From Myxococcota bacterium (GTDB taxonomy: Bacteria; Myxococcota_A; SURF-8): a DNA stretch of 64,000 nucleotides. Positions 40,830 to 50,367 of this stretch are shown here, one piece after another. A model generated the notes under the pieces. The model was not told the origin of the DNA, searched no databases, and saw only the letters and a program-made list of their open reading frames with translations. The first letter of the stretch is position 1, and each line of letters begins with the position of its first letter. The translations under genes and the position numbers were made by a program. The stretch is taken from NCBI GenBank assembly GCA_965140415.1, contig OZ223209.1:3648001-3712000 (forward strand). The letters run 5' to 3'.

Positions 40830-41966
40830 TTATAGGCTTTCTATAACTTCCACGTTCGCACGTGGCACCATCACCAGGTTTCCGTCTGCAAATTCGACTT
40901 GCAACACACGCACCATCGTTCCACTCTGCTGTTGCATCAGCACCTGAGGCAAAGCGCACACCGTTCCGATCTGGCCGAAATACGGGCTTCGAATGCAACG
41001 CACCATGGAACCGACATCCAATCCCAATTGCGTTTGCACTTTGTCGGCTGGATGTAAAGCTGTATCCAAACTTTCCCCCAGCGGGATAATGACTTCAGGC
41101 CGCAGAACTCCCGCTCGAATTTGGGTGGTCCCGTTGATTGAAGCCCGCTCGGTTTCGTGCTCTTTTAATAATCGGAAGGTCTTCGAGGCCATCTCGATCT
41201 GGCCGAACCCTTCCGTCACGATGACCGTCAGACCGATGTCCTCGTTCCCTGTAATCGCCACACCGAGATCGTAGCCGAGATAATCCCGTAAGTCGCGATC
41301 ATCGATGCCGCCCACCACAATGCCGGAAACACCGACTTCCTCAGCACGCCGGATCGCTTGCGCGGTCACTAGGGAGCCTCCGACGATGATACAGCCTTTA
41401 TGCTCCTCTTTAATCAGCGACGCCTCCAGCACATCGCCGGGAGAAGAAGCCAGCACGCACAGCGCGCCATACGCTTCACCGCCGATACCGAAAATTCCTT
41501 GAATAAAAGCCACTTCGCAACGAACCGTCACGCCATGTTCCGAAATGATTTCCGTGACAAGACCCGGTAGATAGGCTTTTACTTCAACCGGCAAAGGTTT
41601 ACCGCGCAAGATCACCTGCCCTGTCACCGTACTGATATTTTCAATCGTTGCAGTTTTCGGAGAATCGATCTTGGATTTGAACAAACCGAAAAAGGAAGAT
41701 GCCTGGGCCAGTCGCTCACCTTTTTGGACTAAATCGCCTGGTTTGTGCAGCATTGCTCCAGTAACTTCTCCCGGACCAATCCCCAATGCAGTGGCAATAT
41801 TCACCGGGTAAACGTCTCCCGGCAATTCCGTTTTCGCCACAACCTGCTCGGCGCCAACCCGATCCCCTTCTTGAACCAGCACCTCTCCCGCAATAGGAAG
41901 GATGCGCTTTTTGGTTAGTGGCATTCGCCCCGCCACTTTCAATCCCGGTGTATACGAACGACTCAT
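40830..41966 (-). CDS. Conserved hypothetical soluble protein with barrel-sandwich-hybrid repeats and a KOW-like C-terminus
   Basis: YTPGL; GEVLVQEGDRV and KPGDLVQKGERLA; IQGIFGIGGE; VTEGFG; TQIRAGVLRPEVIIP; VRCIRSPYFGQIG. Confidence 0.8.
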   Translation of the reverse strand: MSRSYTPGLKVAGRMPLTKKRILPIAGEVLVQEGDRVGAEQVVAKTELPGDVYPVNIATALGIGPGEVTGAMLHKPGDLVQKGERLAQASSFFGLFKSKIDSPKTATIENISTVTGQVILRGKPLPVEVKAYLPGLVTEIISEHGVTVRCEVAFIQGIFGIGGEAYGALCVLASSPGDVLEASLIKEEHKGCIIVGGSLVTAQAIRRAEEVGVSGIVVGGIDDRDLRDYLGYDLGVAITGNEDIGLTVIVTEGFGQIEMASKTFRLLKEHETERASINGTTQIRAGVLRPEVIIPLGESLDTALHPADKVQTQLGLDVGSMVRCIRSPYFGQIGTVCALPQVLMQQQSGTMVRVLQVEFADGNLVMVPRANVEVIESL

Positions 41967-43825
41967 ACTACCTCCCGGGAATGTTGCATGGAACGAGACA
42001 CTGCCTCATCACGCTTCGGATAGACTCCTAAAGCATCATTCCACTTCTCCAGGCACTGAACCCATTCCGCACCGGGTTCAGCCGGGACAAAGGGTCTGCC
42101 TCGTCCGTCCAGGATCAAACCGACTTCACCACCTCGCACCTGCTGCCGACTCTTCTTTCCTGCACCAGCCCCAACATCGAATCCGCGCGCCGGTTCAATC
42201 TCCACGACAGCCGTTTCCTCCACTCCCAAAGGAATGACTTTCAGATCCCCAGCGTAAAGTTCCAGCGTGTGGTTTTCTTCCTTTGACGTCTGGACCTGAA
42301 CCCGCATGATCGATTTACCCGGCTTTGCCACTCCTACCGGAGCAATGCAGGTTCCCAGGTAAATCATGCAATCCTTTTCGAAAACTTCCGTCGCCGCACG
42401 CGGATGCAGCACGGACAGCACTCCCAAATGCGGCATCATGAAAATGGAATCGACTGCCAAGGTGGTCACGCCTTCCGGCTGGTAGGCATCCAGCAGCATC
42501 ATCGCAGTTTGCTGACGACGTGGGGCGTGTGACAAAACCCCGCCGGAACCAACGATTAAATCCAGGGCCATCATATCGACAATGGATTCTTCGCTATCGG
42601 TGTCGAAGGCATCGGCAATAGTGCGCTGTTGCTGCACACCTTTAAGCTTGGTGGCAAATTGACGGTGCTGCACGAAAGCCAATCGAAGCGCCTCTTTTGC
42701 GACAGCCTGCTCCAAAATCAAATCGTCCAGAAGTTGTGGGATGGTTGTTGGGCGGATCATCTTGTTTTTAATGGCGTTTCTGAGCTCCCGCTCATCGATG
42801 GCAAAGGGAACCCAGCGCAACACATGATCCAGACCGGCTTCCTTAAACACATTGGCAATGGAATAGCTCATTCCCAGATTAGCGGAAACCGTCCGGTTGA
42901 ATTCTCCCGAAAACACGGAAAATACATCCGTCGTCGCGCCTCCGATATCCACTCCCACCACATTGATGGCTTTCTCTTTGGCAATTGCCTGAACGATCAA
43001 CCCGACCGCGGCAGGTGTGGGCATAATGGGAGAATCCGTCCAGGTCATAAGCTTTTTATACCCCGGAGCCTGCTGCATGACGTGTTCCATGAACAAGTCA
43101 TGAATTTTTTCCCGAGTGGGCGAAAGATTTTCCTGCTCCAGACTGGGACGCAGATTCTCCACCACATCCAGATCGGCCTTTTCAGCAAGCAATTCAGACA
43201 CTTCAGTTCTGGCTTGTTTGGTTCCGGCATAGATTACCGGCAATTGATAGGTCGAGCCCAGACGCGGTTTCGGATCGGCAGCGGAAATCAACTCCGCCAA
43301 GGAAACCACATGTTCGATGCGTTCGGCATCATCGGTCATTCCCGCCAGAACGATCATATCCGGTCTCAAACGACGAATTCTTTCGATCTGCTGATAAGGC
43401 AAACGGTTGTCGTTACAGGAAATGGTGTCCATCACGATGGCACCGGCTCCCAATGCAGCACGTTCGGCGGATTCCGCCGTCATGCTCCGCACAACTCCCG
43501 CCACCATCATCTGTAGCCCCCCACCCGCTGAACTGGTGGAAATATACACATCGCAGCCAATTGGAGCCCCATCCTTTTCAGCCGGTCGAATGATGTTTCC
43601 CTGTTCGTCGAGTAACCGGCGACCGGATAATTCTTCCAACTCCTGAAAAGCGTTAATCACGCCACGCGTAACATCCTCTATCGGAGCTTCGACGGTCGTA
43701 GGCGCTTCACCTCGAAACGTTTGACGATATTCGTTTCCTATTCTTTCAAACAGGATCGCTTTGGTGGTTGTACTGCCACAATCGGTGGCGACAATCACCC
43801 GGATATCCTCGGGATTAATCGCCAT
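41963..43825 (-). CDS. GlmL/MutL (glutamate mutase L)-family ASKHA ATPase
   Basis: Phosphate-1 TDCGSTTTK, SSAGGGL, phosphate-2 VDIGGATTDVFS, GSGGVLSHAP. Start set at ATG 43825. Confidence 0.88.
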   Translation of the reverse strand: MAINPEDIRVIVATDCGSTTTKAILFERIGNEYRQTFRGEAPTTVEAPIEDVTRGVINAFQELEELSGRRLLDEQGNIIRPAEKDGAPIGCDVYISTSSAGGGLQMMVAGVVRSMTAESAERAALGAGAIVMDTISCNDNRLPYQQIERIRRLRPDMIVLAGMTDDAERIEHVVSLAELISAADPKPRLGSTYQLPVIYAGTKQARTEVSELLAEKADLDVVENLRPSLEQENLSPTREKIHDLFMEHVMQQAPGYKKLMTWTDSPIMPTPAAVGLIVQAIAKEKAINVVGVDIGGATTDVFSVFSGEFNRTVSANLGMSYSIANVFKEAGLDHVLRWVPFAIDERELRNAIKNKMIRPTTIPQLLDDLILEQAVAKEALRLAFVQHRQFATKLKGVQQQRTIADAFDTDSEESIVDMMALDLIVGSGGVLSHAPRRQQTAMMLLDAYQPEGVTTLAVDSIFMMPHLGVLSVLHPRAATEVFEKDCMIYLGTCIAPVGVAKPGKSIMRVQVQTSKEENHTLELYAGDLKVIPLGVEETAVVEIEPARGFDVGAGAGKKSRQQVRGGEVGLILDGRGRPFVPAEPGAEWVQCLEKWNDALGVYPKRDEAVSRSMQHSREVV

Positions 43826-44195
43826 ATTGCATTGCCTTTTCCGATTCACCCTGTTCCAAACATTCTATCTCGTGAATAAGCTGCTCCAGATTCCGACGAT
43901 CACTTAATAATTCCGATAGGTTATCGAACGATTCGCTTTCGAAAACAGATTTGTACAAAGGCGCGATGACATGCATAACTTGATTGCCGATCGGACTGAC
44001 AGGTCGCACGCTTTCAAGCAGCAGAACGGCTGGGGCGCTCATTTGACGAGCGACGATCTCCTTTGCCAGCCGTCGCAGGAACTCATCCGTTTTCCGTTCT
44101 ATTGCAAGATCTTGCTCCGGCTCCACTTGAAAAGCATGCCTGAACCAGGCAAGCAGCGATCTCCCACTCTTCTTATGCTGCCCAAACTGACGCAC
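43815..44195 (-). CDS. Conserved small hypothetical protein, first gene of the GlmL-linked operon
   Basis: GGAGG RBS + GTG; PAVLLLESVRP motif; stop overlaps the GlmL-like start. Confidence 0.75.
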   Translation of the reverse strand: MRQFGQHKKSGRSLLAWFRHAFQVEPEQDLAIERKTDEFLRRLAKEIVARQMSAPAVLLLESVRPVSPIGNQVMHVIAPLYKSVFESESFDNLSELLSDRRNLEQLIHEIECLEQGESEKAMQYGD

Positions 44196-44305
44196 CGTCT
44201 GTTTCCCTCCCGAATCACCTGTTTACAAGACGAAGAACTGGTTTCAACCTTGTTGAATAAGCCAACAGTGTACTCAAGATCAGGCAATAAATCCAACCTT
44301 ATCCA

Positions 44306-44345
44306 ATAAAAACGCCCGGTCCATCGTTTGATGGTAACCGGGCGT
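44306..44345 (-). terminator. Rho-independent terminator after the wHTH gene
   Basis: Minus strand ACGCCCGGT-TACCATCAAACGATGG-ACCGGGCGT followed by TTTTATT. Confidence 0.75.
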
Positions 44346-44388
44346 GATTTCCAACCATTCGTTGCGAAACAGTTGTTAATCTATTTCT

Positions 44389-45033
44389 TTATCCTTTTTT
44401 GGACTTGCGAGTCGCTTTCTTTTCCGGTCCCAGAATATCCGCTAACGCCAAGCCTTTGATTTTAGCGTAACTACGCTCGAAACGCTTGCGCGCCGCAACA
44501 CTGGAGAAATACTTTCCTTTCAAATCGGCTTCGGCAACAACTTCACCACTGCTCGGATATCCAAAGCGTGTTTCCAGCGAAGAGCTGATTTGCTCCAGAA
44601 CTTCTTTCTCCGGGAAGGATTTTTTCTGATCTGCAACAATCACGAACTTCACGGATTCGCCGGTGCGCTTGTATTCCAAATTCCAGAATACGGAAATGAC
44701 ATGGGAGCTGTGCGCCTTCAAAGGCTTGGTAATCAACTGAGCAGCTTCCTTGGCCAATCCTCGTTCGGTTTCAAACACGGGTTCCAGAAGCTCCCAAATC
44801 ACGCGATGATCCCGGTTAATGGTATAGGAGTATGCACGTCCTACAGCCTTGCGGAACAGGGCCTTGTTTTTCACCAGGCTATCCAGCGAAAGCTGGCAGG
44901 AACGCGGTGAAATATTAGCTAATGAGGCGATGCGGCGACCTGTCATGGCATCGTCCGATTCGTACAATACTCTCAAGATTTCAACTTTAGAAGTTGTTCC
45001 CAACAAGTAATTTAACATTTTGCTTTGAGTCAT
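44389..45033 (-). CDS. Winged-helix DNA-binding protein fused to a degenerate minimal nucleotidyltransferase-like domain
   Basis: KVEILRVL...TGRRIASLANIS...LDSL...VGRAYSY wHTH; C-domain has MNT-like strand order but no GS/DxD; AAGGAG RBS. Confidence 0.7.
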   Translation of the reverse strand: MTQSKMLNYLLGTTSKVEILRVLYESDDAMTGRRIASLANISPRSCQLSLDSLVKNKALFRKAVGRAYSYTINRDHRVIWELLEPVFETERGLAKEAAQLITKPLKAHSSHVISVFWNLEYKRTGESVKFVIVADQKKSFPEKEVLEQISSSLETRFGYPSSGEVVAEADLKGKYFSSVAARKRFERSYAKIKGLALADILGPEKKATRKSKKG

Positions 45034-45830
45034 TTCCTGTCTCCTTTTTTCAATTGATTCCTGTTTGCTTTACTTCTGAAAACAAAGTCTGTGTTACATA
45101 ACTAAAAACACACGTAACTCTTACAAATCGATCACACAAAAAATCCTACTTGTGACCTTCCCGCCAAAATCGGCCACAACATTTGAACTACAACGGCAAT
45201 CCTATCCAATATCTAACCAGTGCAAATTGAATCCTATTCCGAACGACACTTAAAATATCTACTATTTAACAAAATACCACCGATTAGCGTCATGAAATGA
45301 ACGCTTAATAGACATATCTTGCTTTTGACAACCAGATGAAAGATTCGGCAATCCAATAGATCAAATTCGGGCAAACTAAAGCCACACAATACAATGACTA
45401 ATTTACCACCGCAACAAAAGGATCACCTATTTGCCACACTTATTCCCGATTTTCCAGCATTTCGGTGCAAAAACAATCCATTATCAAACAACAACCAACT
45501 ATATTACACCAACGCCCTTGCCGAACGGAACACTTTCAATGTCAGGAAATCACTACCCAAAGCATTATGTCAGTACGACACGGTCTTTACACTGGAGTAA
45601 ATCATGTATTTTATATACAGCACGAGACCACATGTGTCAACAAAAAAAAGGAAAACTTGCCTTAAATATAATTCTCTACTGCTTCGGTGTACAAGCGATA
45701 TATAGGAAGAATCCAGGAGCATATCGAATACGATTCCACCCTGCACCTGCAAAACGGATCTGCTTGTATTCGACAGGATGATACCTGGCTAATCCAGGTA
45801 AAAGGATGAATCAATCTTTTCCATGTATGA

Positions 45831-45865
45831 GAAAACCCATCGCCGGTATGACGATGGGTTTTTTC
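45831..45865. terminator. Terminator hairpin (potentially bidirectional) after the large lipoprotein gene
   Basis: AAAACCCATCG-N9-CGATGGGTTTT with U-runs on both strands. Confidence 0.8.
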
Positions 45866-45894
45866 ATTAACCAAGTTTATTTATATAGCTGTTG

Positions 45895-48522
45895 CTATTC
45901 AATCTCCTGAGATTCAGCGGCATCGACATCAAGTTCGATCTCGACATCTCCGTCTACGTCACCATCAACGTCACCGTCAACATCCCCATCCACGACCGGA
46001 GTTTCACAGGTTGTGGCTTCCCACTCTCCAAATGCCTCGACAGCCTGTAGAACGGTACCCTTTTCTCCTGCAAAATAAACCTGATCGGGGCTGCGTCCCC
46101 AGATTTCGTTCAGACGCAAGGAGACTCCTGTATCTACTTTCTCGAAACAGAGGCCATCGCCGGACCAATACAGATTCCCTTGATCCGAAACGATGAAGAT
46201 GTGATTTTCGTCTGTACCCCAGACCTTCAAGAAGCTCTCCTCGGCAACGGCTCCAGCCACGGACAGTTTCAGGAAGTGATTCCCATCGTAGAGCCATGCA
46301 CCGGCGTGATCCCCGACGAAATAGACAGCATCGTTATCTTCGCCCCATACCGCATTGAGCGCCCCGACATCGGCACCGGAGGAGAAATCATCGAAATCGA
46401 TGAATTCCCAGCTATAGGTATCGGCATCGCCTCCACCCGGCGGCAATCGATGAGCGGCAATCCCTTCATTGCCGACAACCCAAACATTGCTGAAACTCGA
46501 CGCCCACACGCCATTCCAGGTGTTCATGTCATTCTGTACAAGTTCTGGGAAATTGACTTTGTCATTGCCGGGCGAGAAGTAGAAAGCCATCTCTTCACCT
46601 ACGGCAAACATCGTATCGTCGTTGAGACCGTATGCATCCCGAATGATACCGGTAAACAATGAGCTTTCAAAAGCGGTCAGGATCGGTCCGGCTCCACCCC
46701 AAACCCGAACTTCATGACTGAAGAAATAGACCTGGCCGGTGCTGACGATCCAGATGTCACCAATTGGATAAACACCCAAATTTTCATCATCCAAGTTGTC
46801 CAGATATTGCCAGGTGCTGTTAGCGGAATTGTCAGTATCCAAATAGTAAACGTCGCCATTAACGCTGGTTTTGTACAGAACCGGACCACGTCCCCATAGA
46901 GCTTCGACGTCACTTGGAGCGCCGGAAGCATCTTTACGAGAAGCCTGCTTATTGATTTGCGTCCAGGTTCCAAGATGCGGATTGAATCCCCACACCACAC
47001 CATAATCTCCTACCGCCACGGCGATACCATCTTCAGTAACATCCACCCCGTACAACGTGTCCTGAGCAGGCGCATCCGGCAAACGCTTCCAAATATGATT
47101 TTCCAGGAATTCTGGGGCATTTTCCACGACGCCACCTATATAGACCGGGTTCTCACCCTCTACCAGGCGATATGCAGCGCCTCCTTCTCCAACCGCGAAA
47201 ATCATGTCACCACGCCCGGCAACGGCATAGAAGGTTGGTGAAGAAGTATCATCCTGCGGGTCTCCCATGAATTGAGAAAAATCCCACCAGGAAACATTGT
47301 CGTAATAACTGATGGTTTTGCTCGATCCAACTGCGATCACGTGTTCTTCATCCAGTCCCCACACACCATACAGGTTTTCATTGTTCTGACAGGCCGGATC
47401 GAGAATGTTAAACGTATACTGATCGGTCGATTTCAGCGCCTTACAGTTGTCACCGACAACCATGTAAGTCGTATCGGCGATACCCCACATTGCGTTCAAT
47501 GTTTCAGCAGTTCCGGTACGACGCTTGTTCCAATCGATCAGGTACTGATACAAAACGCCTAATTCACCTACCGCATAGAAATTCGCACCATCGGAATAGG
47601 CTCCGAAGAAATCCAACCCTGCCGTGCCAGCCGCTCCAAAGTTCGCCTTATCGACCGCACTCCATTCGTCATTTTCAAGCTTCAGCACCGTCGCATCGTT
47701 TCCTGCCGCATACACCAGGCTGTCATCCACACCGTGAATGCCATTCATACGCGGCAATGTCGAAGACATCTGCCCCTCCGAAAACGACTCAAGATCGAAC
47801 ATGGTTCGTAGTCCATTGTCTCCTGAAATCCATAAACTGGAATCCGGGCTCCACCATGCCCCGGTCAATCGATGGCCGGTCGGCCAAGGGCTGTTCCAGC
47901 AAATGGAATCCGAAGAACAGATATTCCCCAGGAAACTGTCACCGAAAATGAAAGGCGGAACGGCGTCTTCCTCTATCTCCGCTTCCATTTCCTGATCCGG
48001 TTCGATTTCGGCATCCATATCGCCGTCGATGACGATGTCTCCCTCAAGATCGCCATCCACATCACCATCCATATCGCCGCCATCGCCATCCTCATCGCCG
48101 TCGACTTCCACCTCGCTCACTTCTCCGTCGAGATCTCCATCTTCCACATCACCGTCGATGATCGTATCTCCATCCGGCTCCTCAACACACTTGCCTTCGG
48201 CAACACAGATCGGAGAATCAAACAGCTCGCAGCATACCAGGTCATCGCTGTCACAAGTCTTTCCGGCATTGCAAGGCTCGTTTTCACCACCGGTTGGACC
48301 ATAGCATTCCGTTTCGGTGATGCACGTGAGTGTATCCGGGCAACAAATGATATGACGGTCAGGATCATCCTGGAACAGGCCGGAATCCTGGCAGAGGTAG
48401 TTTTTATTACAGGATTGTCCTTCTTTACCCACACCGTCATTCATGCAAGCTGTCATGGGAAGCAGCAATGTAAAAGCAGCAGTCAGGCCAAGCAACCATT
48501 TTATCATCAGGGAAGTCCGCAC
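45895..48522 (-). CDS. Large lipoprotein with Cys-rich N-domain, DGD linkers and VWG-type beta-propeller repeats
   Basis: Lipobox MTAC; more than 10 L-x-(G/A)-(V/I)-W-G...(A/F)VG-x-x-G repeats; DGD tracts at both ends; GTG start at 48522 after AAGGAA. Confidence 0.8.
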   Translation of the reverse strand: MRTSLMIKWLLGLTAAFTLLLPMTACMNDGVGKEGQSCNKNYLCQDSGLFQDDPDRHIICCPDTLTCITETECYGPTGGENEPCNAGKTCDSDDLVCCELFDSPICVAEGKCVEEPDGDTIIDGDVEDGDLDGEVSEVEVDGDEDGDGGDMDGDVDGDLEGDIVIDGDMDAEIEPDQEMEAEIEEDAVPPFIFGDSFLGNICSSDSICWNSPWPTGHRLTGAWWSPDSSLWISGDNGLRTMFDLESFSEGQMSSTLPRMNGIHGVDDSLVYAAGNDATVLKLENDEWSAVDKANFGAAGTAGLDFFGAYSDGANFYAVGELGVLYQYLIDWNKRRTGTAETLNAMWGIADTTYMVVGDNCKALKSTDQYTFNILDPACQNNENLYGVWGLDEEHVIAVGSSKTISYYDNVSWWDFSQFMGDPQDDTSSPTFYAVAGRGDMIFAVGEGGAAYRLVEGENPVYIGGVVENAPEFLENHIWKRLPDAPAQDTLYGVDVTEDGIAVAVGDYGVVWGFNPHLGTWTQINKQASRKDASGAPSDVEALWGRGPVLYKTSVNGDVYYLDTDNSANSTWQYLDNLDDENLGVYPIGDIWIVSTGQVYFFSHEVRVWGGAGPILTAFESSLFTGIIRDAYGLNDDTMFAVGEEMAFYFSPGNDKVNFPELVQNDMNTWNGVWASSFSNVWVVGNEGIAAHRLPPGGGDADTYSWEFIDFDDFSSGADVGALNAVWGEDNDAVYFVGDHAGAWLYDGNHFLKLSVAGAVAEESFLKVWGTDENHIFIVSDQGNLYWSGDGLCFEKVDTGVSLRLNEIWGRSPDQVYFAGEKGTVLQAVEAFGEWEATTCETPVVDGDVDGDVDGDVDGDVEIELDVDAAESQEIE

Positions 48523-48565
48523 GGTCCGTTCCTTTCGTTCTTCCTTGGATTTTCTCGTAGGAAAG

Positions 48566-49699
48566 TTAAAACTCCACATCAGCTTTTAGCAGGACACCAT
48601 CATCGGTAATACCGATACCACCGCCCGCGCCGATATTCTTCGCATTCTGCCAGTCCACGATAAACAGGATTACAGAGGTCAGCAATAACGCCCCTCCGGT
48701 TCCGTACATGGCATTGGAGGTAATCATGTACGTTCTGCTTTTATCGTTGTAATCTTTTAGCTCTGGGATGGAAGCAGCCTTATCCGCATTGGATTGTTCC
48801 TTGTTCGATAAATACCCGAACACCAGCCCCAAACCCTCCGCGACGACCCCGGTTGCCAACGTAGTCCAGGCGGCAATACCAACACCGGGATTCCGTTCCA
48901 GCTGCGGTTGTGGCAAGTCTTCGTACAGCAGAGCCATATCATCCGAGTTCGAAGGCGACGTCATCAATACGGGAACTTCGGTAATCAATCCCAATTCAAT
49001 CAACGACTTATGATACTCTTGCTGCCCGACTTCCGCCAAACGTTCCATACTGGTCTGGGTAACCAGTATCTCCTTTAAAACTCGTCGATTCGGCAAATCG
49101 ATAATTCGGACAAAAAGAGTGAACTCCGCAAACATCTGCTCTTTGGGAGCGGCACCAATCGGATTGGTCCCCATCGATGGAGCCATTCCACCTTCAGTTA
49201 ATGTACTAGGATCAACCGCGCTCATCCGAACTTTTCCCGCGATCAGAATATCCAGACTGGCAGGCTTCAATGCAACCTGCAAACAACCGGGGTCCAACCA
49301 GCAGCGGTTATATAATACCAGTTCTCTGGGTCCCATGGTCTTGACGATTTCTTCATGGGGAATGACCGTATTATTAAAGGCGTTGATTTCCTTCGTTTCT
49401 TCAGTTACTGCGCGCGTAAGCAGTTCCCGTTTGGAGGCTTCGATTTTTTGCTCCACCTCAAACGTGGGACGCATCTCCAACACACCGATACGAAAAACTT
49501 TTTGATCGAGTTGCTCCGCTTTTTCCCGTGTCGGTCCCCGCTGCGCATCGTTTCCGGTTTGAACCGTATCCGCATCGTCAGAAGACATGGGAACGGTATC
49601 ATCATCATCGGATTGGGCGAAGCTGACTCCAGGCCAAGCCAACAAACAAACCGCCGTTAAAACCATGAGAACACTTCGATAATCAATCAGTCTCATCAT
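48566..49699 (-). CDS. Secreted hypothetical protein with a C-terminal hydrophobic hairpin (myxobacterial PEGA-associated type)
   Basis: Signal peptide (SFA-Q); CWLDPGC domain; AWTTLATG...SNAMYGTGGALLLTSVILF hairpin; ends in Phe. Start may be 49765. Confidence 0.65.
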   Translation of the reverse strand: MMRLIDYRSVLMVLTAVCLLAWPGVSFAQSDDDDTVPMSSDDADTVQTGNDAQRGPTREKAEQLDQKVFRIGVLEMRPTFEVEQKIEASKRELLTRAVTEETKEINAFNNTVIPHEEIVKTMGPRELVLYNRCWLDPGCLQVALKPASLDILIAGKVRMSAVDPSTLTEGGMAPSMGTNPIGAAPKEQMFAEFTLFVRIIDLPNRRVLKEILVTQTSMERLAEVGQQEYHKSLIELGLITEVPVLMTSPSNSDDMALLYEDLPQPQLERNPGVGIAAWTTLATGVVAEGLGLVFGYLSNKEQSNADKAASIPELKDYNDKSRTYMITSNAMYGTGGALLLTSVILFIVDWQNAKNIGAGGGIGITDDGVLLKADVEF

Positions 49700-49998
49700 C
49701 CAGCTCACTTTATTGACACTATTGTAATTTCTAATGGATTTTTGCCCCAGATCGAACCGTGCCATCTCTTACTTCTTGAGTTTATTAGATTATCATAGAA
49801 TAGCACAATCCCGCAAGAAATGATTTCCATTCCCAATAACATCCCACAGTCGGCATACAAACTGGATACCCTATGATATTCTGGAGAAATCTCATTCAAA
49901 CTCTTACCAATCCATGTTTGACGGCTTCCCCAAAACACGCTATTCTCCAGATAATGAGAAAGTAATTTTCCATCTCCTAATAAAGGAACGAAAAAAGC

Positions 49999-50328
49999 AT
50001 GCCGTCCATCCGTTTGCCCCAACTAGCACGTATTCTGTTAATCCTTTTGATTTGCACGACCATGGTCGCCTGTGGTGGTCGCACATGCAGGGATGCCTGT
50101 ACCCTGGAATACGACACCTGCAACGCAACCGATGGTGATGCGACGGTAGATGGCGACGCAGCGGAAGAAGCCGCTAAAACTAGAGAAAAAACGATTGATG
50201 AATGTGTGGACACTTGCATGGAAAACAAGTATCCGACAGGCTGTCTGGTATGTGCAGAAGAGCCGACTTGCTCGGAAATTGCAGACTGCTACAGCACCAA
50301 CCCCCGCTGCGAAAGCAGCGGTGGCTGA
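49999..50328 (+). CDS. Small Cys-rich lipoprotein
   Basis: Lipobox MVAC; CxxxC pairs; TDGDATVDGD loop; AAGGA upstream. Confidence 0.75.
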   Translation: MPSIRLPQLARILLILLICTTMVACGGRTCRDACTLEYDTCNATDGDATVDGDAAEEAAKTREKTIDECVDTCMENKYPTGCLVCAEEPTCSEIADCYSTNPRCESSGG

Positions 50329-50367
50329 CAAATTATCGATTTAGGTTTTTGTTGGGTTAGAAGCAGG

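Noticed and set aside
42629-43516. 295-aa plus-strand ORF
   Set aside because: Antisense shadow of the GlmL-like gene.
41963-43825. DNA mismatch-repair MutL, or a glutamate fermentation locus
   Set aside because: Motifs are ASKHA, not GHKL; no mutase, methylaspartase or B12-binding genes in the window.
45369-45385. GGGCAAAC...AAAGCC resembling a c-di-GMP-I riboswitch
   Set aside because: The P2 stem with its GAAA tetraloop is missing, and the orientation does not fit a downstream gene.
47872-48609. 245-aa plus-strand ORF
   Set aside because: Antisense of the DGD tract, giving Ile/Ala/His-rich low-complexity sequence.
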